A DNA stretch of 64,000 bases from an uncultured virus (IMG/VR IMGVR_UViG_3300021142_000016) (lineage: Duplodnaviria; Heunggongvirae; Uroviricota; Caudoviricetes): the IMG/VR virus record IMGVR_UViG_3300021142_000016; one strand, 5' to 3'. The notes under the pieces are model-generated. The model was not told the DNA's origin, did no database searches, and saw nothing but the letters and a program-made list of their open reading frames with translations. Both the position numbers and the translations under genes were made by a program. This document shows, piece after piece, positions 16,431 to 25,776 of the stretch (positions within the stretch are counted from its first letter, which is position 1; the number at the start of each line of letters is the position of its first letter).

Positions 16431-16504
16431 TGTGGGATGTCAGACTTGAACTGACGATTACCGAATTATGAGTTCGGGGCTTTGACCAACTAAGCTAATC
16501 CCAC
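16431..16504 (-). tRNA. tRNA with CAU anticodon (elongator Met or Ile2)
   Basis: GTGGGAT/ATCCCAC acceptor, CCGAA-CTCATAA-TTCGG; lacks initiator features. Confidence 0.88.
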
Positions 16505-16511
16505 TTTGGGT

Positions 16512-16748
16512 TTAGTTAGCAGATCCTATTAATTTGCTTTGGATTATTTTTGCTCTTTCATCAATTACTTCGTAAGCAAATGGCTTAATTGCCTCTTCAT
16601 TTTTAGCATAATGATGACCACAGAACATCAACTCTCCAGTAACACCTTTAACTAAAACAAGTGCTTGAGCTGAGCAACTATCACAACGATCAGCAATTTT
16701 AAGAACATATTCTTCTTTAATTACTTCTTCTGTTTTCTCTGCCATCAT
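16512..16748 (-). CDS. small actinobacterial-type zinc-finger protein
   Basis: ADRCDSCSAQA...GELMFCGHH; ATG 7 nt after TATAAT. Confidence 0.7.
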   Translation of the reverse strand: MMAEKTEEVIKEEYVLKIADRCDSCSAQALVLVKGVTGELMFCGHHYAKNEEAIKPFAYEVIDERAKIIQSKLIGSAN

Positions 16749-16792
16749 GTTCATAATTATACTCTCTTCACTAGTTAGTTAATAATTGATCG

Positions 16793-16865
16793 CTGGGGTG
16801 GTAGGACTCGGACCTACGACATTCCGATTAACAGTCGGACGCTCTGCCAGCTGAGCTACACCCCA
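16793..16865 (-). tRNA. tRNA-Asn (GUU)
   Basis: TGGGGTG/CACCCCA acceptor, TCCGA-CTGTTAA-TCGGA, G73. Confidence 0.9.
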
Positions 16866-16870
16866 ATGTT

Positions 16871-17140
16871 TTATCTATACTTTTTCATATCCAAAATATC
16901 TTGAGGTGTTTCAATCATTCTGCGTTGTGCCTCAAATTTTCCCAACTCTACGATTTCCTGAGCAACTGTTGCCATCATATCGTAAAGTCCTGCTGCATAC
17001 CGCTTATGCTTTACTGGTGCTGCTTCAATTTCATCTTTCATGTTAACTACTGATTGTGTAAAATACTCGCACAATTGTGTCAAACTTATATAAATATCTT
17101 TATCATCTTCAATGGTCTTAATTGTGCCATCTGCTAACAT
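16871..17140 (-). CDS. hypothetical protein
   Basis: 89-aa ORF with a GGA Shine-Dalgarno. Confidence 0.6.
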   Translation of the reverse strand: MLADGTIKTIEDDKDIYISLTQLCEYFTQSVVNMKDEIEAAPVKHKRYAAGLYDMMATVAQEIVELGKFEAQRRMIETPQDILDMKKYR

Positions 17141-17173
17141 TTTTATCCTTTGTTTGTTGTTGATGTTATTCTA

Positions 17174-19021
17174 CTATAGAATTCTCATGCTGTCAACACG
17201 TAATTCATCTTCATCGTCATCAAGTCCCATAAATTCCCGCAAACTTTTTGGCATTTCTTTTTTGTCAGGCATTCTAATTGTATTATTTTTATTTAATCTA
17301 GCATCTGATTGTTTTCTTAGCTCTTCTAATTCTGATGCAAATACGCCAGAATAAGTATAGATCTCTACTTCTTTATCAGCGTCTGGGGGAGTTAACGATA
17401 TAGCATTATATACTGAACCACAAACTGCGTCAGACAAGTCCTTAGAACCTTTTCTGGGGTGGTCTACACGATCTTTTACTATACGCAATTGAAGCAATTC
17501 ATCAATAAGCAATTGAATTTTTGGACCATGTAATCTTTCTTCAGTTAAAGTAAGAGACATATCTTCGTAATGTTTTTTTGCTACTGAAAGAATTTCTGTT
17601 TTAATCCCATGAACGCCAAGCTGTTGCATCATGTCATGAGAATTCCATCTGTCAAATGTTACTAACTTAAGGTTAAATCCTTTTTCTCTAACACTTGTAA
17701 TATAATCTTTAACTTCTGTAAAATCAACAGATTTTGAAGCTGTAGGTGTCCAATATCTTACTGCATCTACAACAACTCTAGGGGCTGCTTCTTTATACTG
17801 TTCACCAATTTTCATTGTCACCCAGCCCTCAACGTGAGCTAAAGCTACTGCACAATGGTCATGCTTTTGAGCAAGGTCAACGTGCATAAAATATGTTTTT
17901 TCTGGATCTGGTTTAAAATCATCGTCAAACCTGCCATATGAATCTACATTTAATTTAGGATTACTAAATGCTTTTTCAATTACCAATCTGCTTTTAAAGA
18001 ACGCATCAGTAGCATCTGGTGGCATGCAGGCAAAACGAGAAAGAGCATCTGTTGGATCTGTATAAAAGTCAATAGTAAAATCTTCAATTTTACGTGTTGG
18101 ATTAATTTCCCAAGTAGGTCTTTTTAAAGCATACATTCGTGGGACTTTGTATGAAATAATATGGTCTTCTTCCCATTCAATTTCAAATTCATTGCCCTCA
18201 GTATTATCTGGAAGATCTGGGTCTACTTTAAACCTATGATGCCTAAGAACCACTTCTTTTTCGGCTACCGCTTCATTATATTTTTGCTGGATATAGTCGT
18301 TTTTAAAACGTGGGAATGAAAGCAAAATAACTTTACCAAAATCTGGGAAACGTGAGTTTACAGATGCACGATACATCTTATAAATTGATGATGCAGTTTT
18401 TGCTTGTTCATGCCCAGTAGTTGACTCAAGTTCAAAACCTGAAATCTCATCAAGAATAATTACAAGAACGTTATATCCTTCCCAAGCTTCTCTTTCTGAG
18501 TGACCTGAGTGAACAGTAACTGATTTATCAAACTCAACCATGTTGGCCTTAGCAACATATTTCCCTTGAAACCATGGGGATTTTTCAATACGCTGATTAA
18601 ATCCTTTAAAGAATACTCGGTTAGCCTGAACGGCGTTAATAGCAATGTTAATAATATCAATAGCATCGCCTGGTGGCTTACCAAAATAAACTGCTGGGTC
18701 TGCTAGACAAAGCAGCAAATAAACCATATAGGCACAAGCAATTGTAGATGTATAGTCTTTTCCAGAACCCTTACCCAACTGCAAAATAACTTCGTTACAT
18801 GTTTGCTTAAATATTTTGGTGCCTTCATCTTCACCATAAATACGTATTAATGTATCTTTTTTATAAATTTGAGTCATCGCACGAATCATGGTGTATTGAT
18901 AATCAGAAAGTGGTGGTAAGCCTAAATAAGCTTTATCTGTAACAAATTGCTCAAGTGATACTGGAGTTTCTGAAAATTCATCTCCAGTCAAAGCATCTAA
19001 AAATACGTTAAAATCATTCAT
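17174..19021 (-). CDS. terL: terminase large subunit
   Basis: Walker A GKGSGKD, Walker B IILDE, LLSFP coupling motif, nuclease HVDLA, TFDRW, DHP..GSKDLSDA. Confidence 0.93.
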   Translation of the reverse strand: MNDFNVFLDALTGDEFSETPVSLEQFVTDKAYLGLPPLSDYQYTMIRAMTQIYKKDTLIRIYGEDEGTKIFKQTCNEVILQLGKGSGKDYTSTIACAYMVYLLLCLADPAVYFGKPPGDAIDIINIAINAVQANRVFFKGFNQRIEKSPWFQGKYVAKANMVEFDKSVTVHSGHSEREAWEGYNVLVIILDEISGFELESTTGHEQAKTASSIYKMYRASVNSRFPDFGKVILLSFPRFKNDYIQQKYNEAVAEKEVVLRHHRFKVDPDLPDNTEGNEFEIEWEEDHIISYKVPRMYALKRPTWEINPTRKIEDFTIDFYTDPTDALSRFACMPPDATDAFFKSRLVIEKAFSNPKLNVDSYGRFDDDFKPDPEKTYFMHVDLAQKHDHCAVALAHVEGWVTMKIGEQYKEAAPRVVVDAVRYWTPTASKSVDFTEVKDYITSVREKGFNLKLVTFDRWNSHDMMQQLGVHGIKTEILSVAKKHYEDMSLTLTEERLHGPKIQLLIDELLQLRIVKDRVDHPRKGSKDLSDAVCGSVYNAISLTPPDADKEVEIYTYSGVFASELEELRKQSDARLNKNNTIRMPDKKEMPKSLREFMGLDDDEDELRVDSMRIL

Positions 19022-19541
19022 TTACAACTACGGCCTCAACTTGACCCGTAACTTGTGACAATCTTCTTGAAACTTCCCACTTGCAATGATCACAGTTAGC
19101 TGTAACTTCTTTAAGTATATTTACAAGGATTTCTTGTTTTCTTTCTGAATCTAAAATCTGGTCTGTGATGTCATTGTTTTCAAGAACCCCTGCTTTATTT
19201 AACATATCAATGCGTTTTGCTTCAATATCAGCAATTAATTTAAGAGATTGTGCTTTGACATTAAGTGCATCTTGCATGTCTGCTTGTTCTACCGTGCGCC
19301 ATGCCTCTTTAATAAGCATATTGTAATGTTCATCTGCTCCCGCCAAAGCTTCTTTGGCACGGGCTTTAATTGCATTATTGTCTTGAACAAGTTCTTTCCA
19401 AGTTGTTATGTGATTATCAACTTGAACTCGGGTAAGCTCTAGGGTTTTAGCAATCTGTGCTGGTGTGCTGCCCTTAAGTAGTTCTTCAACTACCTTATTC
19501 ATTTGATCAAACTTGCCTGCAACCTCTAGTTCATTATCCAT
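19014..19541 (-). CDS. probable terminase small subunit (N-terminal HTH)
   Basis: GSTPAQIAKTLELTR HTH plus helical body, directly upstream of terL; likely start MDNELEV. Confidence 0.7.
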   Translation of the reverse strand: MDNELEVAGKFDQMNKVVEELLKGSTPAQIAKTLELTRVQVDNHITTWKELVQDNNAIKARAKEALAGADEHYNMLIKEAWRTVEQADMQDALNVKAQSLKLIADIEAKRIDMLNKAGVLENNDITDQILDSERKQEILVNILKEVTANCDHCKWEVSRRLSQVTGQVEAVVVNE

Positions 19542-19713
19542 TATCTGTTTTATAAAACCCTGATCCCTTAAATTGAATTCCTGCTGGCGTATAAACTCTT
19601 GCCATCTTATAACCACAATTAGGGCATGGAGGAAAAACCTCTTCATCATTAAATCCACGAGTAATTTCTTTTGAGGTTTCACATTCTATACAGTTGTATT
19701 CATAAACTGGCAT
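19534..19713 (-). CDS. FmdB-family zinc-ribbon protein (59 aa, not in the ORF track)
   Basis: Hand-translated MPVYEYNCIECE...CPNCGYKMARVYTPAGIQFKGSGFYKTDNG. Confidence 0.9.
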   Translation of the reverse strand: MPVYEYNCIECETSKEITRGFNDEEVFPPCPNCGYKMARVYTPAGIQFKGSGFYKTDNG

Positions 19714-19718
19714 ACTTA

Positions 19719-19748
19719 ATTATACTCCTTGAGATCTGTTTTTGTCAA
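19719..19748 (-). promoter_or_regulatory. consensus promoter for the fmdB-like/terminase operon
   Basis: TTGACA-N18-TATAAT; ATG follows 5 nt after the -10 box. Confidence 0.8.
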
Positions 19749-20061
19749 CCGCAATTTTAAGTAAGATTAAATAACCAATCAAATCATCAATGTCGTTATC
19801 TCCAGCAAAACCTTGATTATTTTTTACACGATTTAATTTATCATCAATTCTTACTTTCAACTGTTCAATATTGTCAGATTGTGCAAATATTCTGTTTGGC
19901 GATAAAGCTGAATCTCCATATGAAATGTTTTTTTCTATAAGAAGTTGTGCAATTTCGTGGCAGGCATCCCAAATTCTTTTGCCAGAAGGGGCACTGGTTG
20001 AGTGTAAATATAAATCATTACAACTAAATTGGCTAACATCTTGAAATACTGGTTTAAGCAT
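19720..20061 (-). CDS. DUF1599/nucleotide-modification-associated domain protein
   Basis: LL.EKN.SYGDS....VRIDDKL.R....D...DLIGYLIL all-alpha pattern. Confidence 0.7.
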   Translation of the reverse strand: MLKPVFQDVSQFSCNDLYLHSTSAPSGKRIWDACHEIAQLLIEKNISYGDSALSPNRIFAQSDNIEQLKVRIDDKLNRVKNNQGFAGDNDIDDLIGYLILLKIAVDKNRSQGV

Positions 20062-21065
20062 TACATTAACCTTTCTGACCAAGTTTTAGGAGTTTTTTCT
20101 GTAACAAACTCAAGTGGCAAATGATAATCAAATGGCTTTGTACCCTTTATTTTAATCCATTCTACCAATTCTGTCAAGCCCTCATCAAGAGTTTTAGATG
20201 TTTTATAATTTAATAATTGTCTTGCTTTATCTGCAGAACAATTAGCATGTTTTACTTCTTGGGGTCTGCCTGGCATATACTTAATATTAAGATCAAATCC
20301 AATAATTTTAGCTAATTTTTGAGCCAATTCATTGATTGTAATAAATTCTTCGTCTGGTCCAATATTAACAACTTGACCATCAACTACATCTGATTCACAT
20401 GCAATCATTAATGGATTTGCTACATCTTCCCAAAAAGAAAAACAACGCATTTGATTTCCATCTCCATAAACTATAGGCTGTTCACCTTTAAGCATACGGT
20501 TAATCATAATTGATGCTACATTTCTAAATGGGTCGTCATATTTTTGACGTGGGCCAATAATATTATGAGGAACAAGAATAACATATTTCATTCCGTGTGT
20601 TTCACAAATGTTTTTAATTAAAAGCTCTGCCCCATATTTTGCAATGCCGTAAGGATCTTGAGGTTTTGGAATCATGTCTTCTGTAAATGGAACTGTATCT
20701 TGTGTGCCGTATCTAGCCATTGATGACATATGAACAAATTTCTTAACCCCGCCCCTAATAGATGCTGAAAGAGCAACTGTTGTAATGTGTGAGGTGTTGC
20801 GAGTTACAAGTGCAGGACTAAACACTGATAAGCCTTCGTAAGCAGTGCATGCTGTATGAACAACTAAATCTATTCCTTTAAAATGTTCTTTAACGGAATC
20901 AAAATCTCCAAGATCTTTTGAATAAAATTCAACACCAGTGGGTACATTTTCATAATAACCGCCAATTAAATTATCAATACCAACCACAGAATGTCCACGT
21001 TTTAAAAACTCATCAGCCAAATGGCTACCCATAAATCCAGCAACGCCTGTGATTAAAACCTTCAT
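20061..21065 (-). CDS. NAD-dependent nucleotide-sugar epimerase/dehydratase (extended SDR)
   Basis: TGVAGFMG, SSMARYG, PYGIAK (YxxxK), NIIGPRQ. Confidence 0.93.
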   Translation of the reverse strand: MKVLITGVAGFMGSHLADEFLKRGHSVVGIDNLIGGYYENVPTGVEFYSKDLGDFDSVKEHFKGIDLVVHTACTAYEGLSVFSPALVTRNTSHITTVALSASIRGGVKKFVHMSSMARYGTQDTVPFTEDMIPKPQDPYGIAKYGAELLIKNICETHGMKYVILVPHNIIGPRQKYDDPFRNVASIMINRMLKGEQPIVYGDGNQMRCFSFWEDVANPLMIACESDVVDGQVVNIGPDEEFITINELAQKLAKIIGFDLNIKYMPGRPQEVKHANCSADKARQLLNYKTSKTLDEGLTELVEWIKIKGTKPFDYHLPLEFVTEKTPKTWSERLM

Positions 21066-21066
21066 G

Positions 21067-21720
21067 TTATCCTCTTAACCATTCATTTTCACGTCTTCTT
21101 GTAAGATCCCAGCCTTTAACTGTATAATCGCCTGATCTTTTCTTTTCTCTGTAATATTCTCCATTTTTATTAAATGTTTCATGATTTCTATTCATTAATT
21201 TTGCATCGCTTTTAATTGTTTGTGAGCCACCGTGATCATCAACTTGTATTCCTGGACAAATAATACTGTCAGATAATCCTGATAATACCATCCTGTCATC
21301 ATAATCGTTATCTTCAAAATAGGCTGGATAAATATATTCATCAAACAAACCAACTTTTGCCACTATGTTTTCTCCAATAGAGAAGCAACTATAGTGTGCG
21401 TTGCTTTTTACAAACTTATTGGGGGAACTAAACGAATGCATCTTTTCTAATTCACCAGATCTAAAACTTGTATCTGCAGAAGAAATAAGCCAATAAGGAA
21501 CATGGGGGTAAAGCTTAATGCCTAAATTCCATGAGCCTGCTATCCCTTGATTTGAAGGAAGATTTAAAACTCTAAAGTTTAAATCAAATCTTTTAGGCAC
21601 GTATTCTTCAATTCCATTATTAATAATTAATATCTCATTAATTGGATAATCAATTTCTTCAAGAGATTCATCAAGCAAATCATATCTGTTTAAAACAGGA
21701 ATAATTAATACTGGTATCAC
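21067..21720 (-). CDS. family 2 glycosyltransferase
   Basis: IIPVLNR, NQGIAGSWNLG, SADT, VGLFDE....YFEDND; GTG start. Confidence 0.88.
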   Translation of the reverse strand: MIPVLIIPVLNRYDLLDESLEEIDYPINEILIINNGIEEYVPKRFDLNFRVLNLPSNQGIAGSWNLGIKLYPHVPYWLISSADTSFRSGELEKMHSFSSPNKFVKSNAHYSCFSIGENIVAKVGLFDEYIYPAYFEDNDYDDRMVLSGLSDSIICPGIQVDDHGGSQTIKSDAKLMNRNHETFNKNGEYYREKKRSGDYTVKGWDLTRRRENEWLRG

Positions 21721-21893
21721 TATTTAGTCCACTTTCTAGGTTTTTTAATAAATCCAAATTTTTCCAAAGCACGTTGAATTGTCATATGAGAACATTTTGC
21801 TTCCATTGCCATTTGAAGAACTGATTTCTTCTCAACAACATATCTCTTATGGACCCATTCTTTGTTTTCCCAAGGTGTAAATCCTTTAGCCAC
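21720..21893 (-). CDS. small HTH DNA-binding protein (57 aa, not in the ORF track)
   Basis: Hand-translated MAKGFTPWENKEWVHKRYVVEKKSVLQMAMEAKCSHMTIQRALEKFG; GAGGAGGT Shine-Dalgarno. Confidence 0.75.
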   Translation of the reverse strand: MAKGFTPWENKEWVHKRYVVEKKSVLQMAMEAKCSHMTIQRALEKFGFIKKPRKWTK

Positions 21894-21902
21894 TATACCT
21901 CC

Positions 21903-22460
21903 TCACAAGATTTCGTTGACGGCATACCATGCGATCCCCGCAGCATCTGCAACATTGTCGGATTCAGTCTGGATGCCGAGCGTTCGCACAAAATCAATAG
22001 TACGCTGTTTTCTGCGTTCTCTGATCTTTCCTTTGATCCAGTTGTCAGACCTGTCTGGGAATTCATTTTTAATAGCCTCTTTTTCGGCTTTAGTGTAGTT
22101 CTTGTTTCCAAGATACGACTGCCAAGTTATCGGGTGAACCTCAACAACTTCAACATTATCACTAAGCAACTCTCCCATTATAGCACCAAATACGTATGCC
22201 ATCTTCATTCCCGTTGCTACAGACTTAACAGAAATTGCTGCTTCAATAACAACAAAGTCTGTATCAAGCTCTCTTTTAAAAGACCTAATTTTTTGTTTAG
22301 CATCAAGAATTCTTTCATAAACATCTGACCCTTCAAAAATGATTTCTCCCCATTTTACTGGCTTTTTATCATTCATAAGGCAAAAAGCAATGCTATTTGT
22401 ACTTGCATCTATACCTAAAACTTTGCTATGTTTACTTTTTGCTAGTTTTGCCAGAGACAT
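21903..22460 (-). CDS. ruvC: RuvC-like resolvase
   Basis: VLGIDAST, VVIE, P..W, DNVADAAGIA. Confidence 0.85.
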   Translation of the reverse strand: MSLAKLAKSKHSKVLGIDASTNSIAFCLMNDKKPVKWGEIIFEGSDVYERILDAKQKIRSFKRELDTDFVVIEAAISVKSVATGMKMAYVFGAIMGELLSDNVEVVEVHPITWQSYLGNKNYTKAEKEAIKNEFPDRSDNWIKGKIRERRKQRTIDFVRTLGIQTESDNVADAAGIAWYAVNEIL

Positions 22461-22734
22461 TTCGTATCATTTCTAGTAGTTCTTGTCTTTCTTTTTCTTT
22501 TTGAGATCCTATGCACTTATCGCATATATTAGACTCATTATATCTGCTAAGTATGACCGTGCACCCACGAGACTTGCATATTCTTTGCTTACCCGCAAGC
22601 CTAGCTTTTTTGTCATAATAAGCCTGCTTTAACTTTGCATTTGTTGCTATACGGCAACATTCATCTGAGCAATACTTTTGATTGTGTGTCTTTGGCTCAA
22701 AATCTTTTCCGCATTCTTCATAAGCACATTTCAT
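22432..22734 (-). CDS. Cys-rich zinc-finger protein
   Basis: C...CGKDF......KYCS..C plus a second C...C...CDKC. Confidence 0.7.
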   Translation of the reverse strand: MKCAYEECGKDFEPKTHNQKYCSDECCRIATNAKLKQAYYDKKARLAGKQRICKSRGCTVILSRYNESNICDKCIGSQKEKERQELLEMIRNVSGKTSKK

Positions 22735-23519
22735 TTTTCAAGTACCAAGGGCTCTATGTAAATATCTCCCTCTTCTGCCTTCATGTCTTTCCAACAAACA
22801 TTTTTGACTGGGCAACCTTTGCATGCCCATTGAGATTTGGTAAATGTACGTTCTGGCAAAGTTCCTGCCTGATAAGCTACATAAACTTTACGCATCCAAT
22901 TCCACACATCGTCAACAAGCTTCTTATTACGCTCATCCATATTAATAGGAATAATTAAAAATGAATTATCATTTTTATTTTCATAAAAGAAAAAGCCTTG
23001 ATCTGCTCCACGAATCTTCATATAAGTAAGCAGTTGAACTTTGTGGTATGGCAGACCTTGCATTTCTGCTTGTCTTATTGCAAAAATTTCTTCTTTAGCA
23101 GATTTAATTTCGCCTATTACTTCTTTTCCATTCCATTCAATAAAAGTGTCTGCAAAACCTCTAATTGGTGGATCATCATGGGTAACTTCTGTTTCATTTG
23201 CTTTGAATACTGGAGTTTTAGCCAGTACTTTCTGTATGCGATCATGGACATACGTACCATTGTCCATATTAATGACACCCATACTATCGGTTTCATTTTC
23301 AAATTCAGCACCAGTGAAAGCAATGAACCAATATCTAGGACAGTTACCGTTACCGTAGCCAATAGAACTAGGACTAAAAGTCTTTTTTTGAGTAAATTCA
23401 TTTGGTCTCTTTCCGCTTAATACAGCTTCTTCATACATTTTTGCAAAAGCAATAGGGTCAAAACCCTCGGGGTCTGACATTTTTTGAAACTTTAAATTAG
23501 CTATGATGTCTCTTGCCAT
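22731..23519 (-). CDS. Cas4-like PD-(D/E)xK exonuclease with Fe-S cysteines
   Basis: CPR, GT.VH, GFAD, EIKS, Q...Y, C-terminal CKGCP....C. Confidence 0.85.
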   Translation of the reverse strand: MARDIIANLKFQKMSDPEGFDPIAFAKMYEEAVLSGKRPNEFTQKKTFSPSSIGYGNGNCPRYWFIAFTGAEFENETDSMGVINMDNGTYVHDRIQKVLAKTPVFKANETEVTHDDPPIRGFADTFIEWNGKEVIGEIKSAKEEIFAIRQAEMQGLPYHKVQLLTYMKIRGADQGFFFYENKNDNSFLIIPINMDERNKKLVDDVWNWMRKVYVAYQAGTLPERTFTKSQWACKGCPVKNVCWKDMKAEEGDIYIEPLVLEK

Positions 23520-23845
23520 TATGCCCCATATCTTGCTGAATACTTAAGAGCATCAACTAGTCTATTAATTGCTTCTTCTGCTGTGTAATATACGTTTTTC
23601 TTCTTGCTATTCTCCCCGCCTTTTTCAAAAGTGGTGTAGTAACGTGACATCATTGCAAACTTAGCAGACAAAGCCTGCATCTTTACAATAAGGTCGGGAG
23701 CTTTAGTTGAAGGAACATCTGGTTTAGCAATAAGCTTAATAATCAGATCTAGGGCGTAGTCCAAATCTGCATCATTCATATATGATTTCATATCATTAAA
23801 CTCTGTAAGCTCACTAATTAAATCAATAACTGGTTTGTCTGTCAT
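23519..23845 (-). CDS. hypothetical helical protein
   Basis: 108-aa ORF, translationally coupled. Confidence 0.65.
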   Translation of the reverse strand: MTDKPVIDLISELTEFNDMKSYMNDADLDYALDLIIKLIAKPDVPSTKAPDLIVKMQALSAKFAMMSRYYTTFEKGGENSKKKNVYYTAEEAINRLVDALKYSARYGA

Positions 23846-24048
23846 TCTAATATCCTAACAACAAATTGGCAAGGGTCTCCGCCAGCTTCCCATTCTTTTT
23901 CTTCTTCTTCATCAATTGGTGGAATGCCATCATGTGTAGCACAAACAATGTCGCTAATCCAGCCTCTATCAACACCATTGTTAAACCAAATAAAAAACTC
24001 TTGTTGATTTTCTTTAGTTATCACAGACCCGCTACCTTTCTTAAACAA
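23842..24048 (-). CDS. hypothetical protein
   Basis: GW.S..VC.THDG.P....E....E.G.DPC motif. Confidence 0.6.
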   Translation of the reverse strand: MFKKGSGSVITKENQQEFFIWFNNGVDRGWISDIVCATHDGIPPIDEEEEKEWEAGGDPCQFVVRILE

Positions 24049-24114
24049 TCTGGGTTACACTTGCCACAAAAACAAGTAACTGCTTGCTCTTTAAAAATAT
24101 AATTAAAAATCATT

Positions 24115-24429
24115 TTAATTATCTTCATTATTCTTTTCCCAACACTCTACCATTTGCTCAAACAACGCCCATTCAATTACTGCAAGACGAGTTTTATTTG
24201 ATTCCCCGCCCAAAATTAATTTAAGTACTGGATATTTATCCCGACTAACTTTGAAAGTATCAGTACAAATCTTTGCCCATATCTCTTTTGAGATTGATAT
24301 TGATTTGGCATACTCCTTGTAATCAACCACGAAATCATGCCAAGTGGCATCACCCTTTTGATAGTCACCACGGCCACTATTTTTTTGTTGTTTTGCTCCG
24401 TCACGCTTTGCTTCTCCACGCTCTGACAT
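24115..24429 (-). CDS. Holliday-junction-resolvase-like PD-(D/E)xK nuclease
   Basis: SE..EAKR.G.....NSGRG...KGD......VDYK. Confidence 0.7.
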   Translation of the reverse strand: MSERGEAKRDGAKQQKNSGRGDYQKGDATWHDFVVDYKEYAKSISISKEIWAKICTDTFKVSRDKYPVLKLILGGESNKTRLAVIEWALFEQMVECWEKNNEDN

Positions 24430-24623
24430 TACATTGCCATACTTGATTCATGGTCTTTTACGCAATACCAAAATAATTTATTTTTATCTGGGTCAAAATA
24501 ACCTTTAAGAGTAATGTCACCGCATTCAATATCTTGACAAACAAAGGTGCCTTCAACTTCAGCAAGGACATTTCTTTGATAGTTAGCATCTTTTTTACTT
24601 AAAAAATTTTCAAGATTTGACAT
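24429..24623 (-). CDS. small zinc-binding protein
   Basis: CQDIEC...WYC..DH. Confidence 0.55.
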   Translation of the reverse strand: MSNLENFLSKKDANYQRNVLAEVEGTFVCQDIECGDITLKGYFDPDKNKLFWYCVKDHESSMAM

Positions 24624-25614
24624 ATATCTCCTCAATAATTTTTTGTGCTACATCGGGGTTATCTCTAAGATACTCTACTGATTTAGAGCGTCCTTGAAAA
24701 CGCTCACCATTAACCGTATACCAAGCTCCGCCCTTTTGTACAATTCCCATCATTTCAGCAACATCTAGGATTTCTCCAACGGAGTCAACTCCAACTTGGT
24801 CACCTTGAAAATAGAAGTCGTATTGTCCTGATAAGCCCATTGGTCCTGTTTTGTTGTAGTCAATAATCCAATTGACTGGTCTGCCAACCTTTTGTTCAAT
24901 AATCTTATCACCAACTTGCACTCCCGATTTAATAGCATTCGCATCAGCTTCCGATGCCCAGAGCTTAATAACAGTACTGCTGAAAAATTTAACAGCCATT
25001 CCCCCTGTTGGAATGTGGGACGCATGCATGCTTCCAAATTGATTTCTCTGTTGAGAAATAAGAACGAGTAGCGTATTTTTATTAGCATAGTTAAGCATTT
25101 TGACTGCATGTGTCATATCCTTTGCTTCTGCACCGATTTGCTTGGTGTCTTCTAGTTTCTTAAGATCAGAACTATCTTTCTCAAAATAGATGGCGGGGAG
25201 TAGTGCTGAGATAGAATCTACAACAATAATATCTACTCCCGCCTCCATAAGTTGTTGTGCGACGTCAACCATATCATTAATAGATTTAGCTGGTGAATAG
25301 ATAAGAGAATCTGAATCAACACCTAGTCGTGCAGCCCATGCAGGATCATAAGATGCTTCTGCATCAATCCATGCACATGTTTTGCCTTCTTTTTGTGCTT
25401 GACCAATCATTTGTAAACAAAACGATGATTTACCAGCAGACTTGTTTCCCCAAATTAAAACCTGACGGCCAAAGCCTAATCCGCCCTTTAAACCCATTGT
25501 TAAACCAATGCTAGGAGTCTTTTGCTTTTCTACGTTGACTGTTGTTGCCAGTTGCAGTCTTGCTCTTGTTTTTGGATCCAGCTTTGCTAGTATCTCTTCT
25601 GTTACCATCGTCAT
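24610..25614 (-). CDS. recA: RecA/UvsX-like recombinase
   Basis: GNKSAGKS Walker A, WIDAE, IVVDS, PTGG.A.KF.S, KGGAWY. Confidence 0.95.
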   Translation of the reverse strand: MTMVTEEILAKLDPKTRARLQLATTVNVEKQKTPSIGLTMGLKGGLGFGRQVLIWGNKSAGKSSFCLQMIGQAQKEGKTCAWIDAEASYDPAWAARLGVDSDSLIYSPAKSINDMVDVAQQLMEAGVDIIVVDSISALLPAIYFEKDSSDLKKLEDTKQIGAEAKDMTHAVKMLNYANKNTLLVLISQQRNQFGSMHASHIPTGGMAVKFFSSTVIKLWASEADANAIKSGVQVGDKIIEQKVGRPVNWIIDYNKTGPMGLSGQYDFYFQGDQVGVDSVGEILDVAEMMGIVQKGGAWYTVNGERFQGRSKSVEYLRDNPDVAQKIIEEIYVKS

Positions 25615-25774
25615 ATAAACTCTTTTCTAAATCAATTGCTAAGTCTTGAACTTTTTGCACCCGACTTGCAGAAAGTGCTTCAATCATGTCTTTAATATCT
25701 TTTTCATTTTCAGTTCTGACAACTAAAAGATATTCTTTATCATTACTACTTTTTAATACGTAAGCAACTTCCAC
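25511..25774 (-). CDS. hypothetical protein
   Basis: ORF between dnaE-linked genes and recA; its C-terminus overlaps the recA start. Confidence 0.5.
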   Translation of the reverse strand: MEVAYVLKSSNDKEYLLVVRTENEKDIKDMIEALSASRVQKVQDLAIDLEKSLYDDGNRRDTSKAGSKNKSKTATGNNSQRRKAKDS

Positions 25775-25776
25775 AA

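Noticed and set aside
19542..19682. N-terminal extension of the 19014..19682 ORF
   Set aside because: It overlaps the clear FmdB-like gene in another frame; the start at 19541 fits better.
22731..23519. CRISPR-Cas system suggested by the Cas4-like gene
   Set aside because: No repeat-spacer array or other cas genes were seen; it sits with RecA and RuvC as a recombination nuclease.
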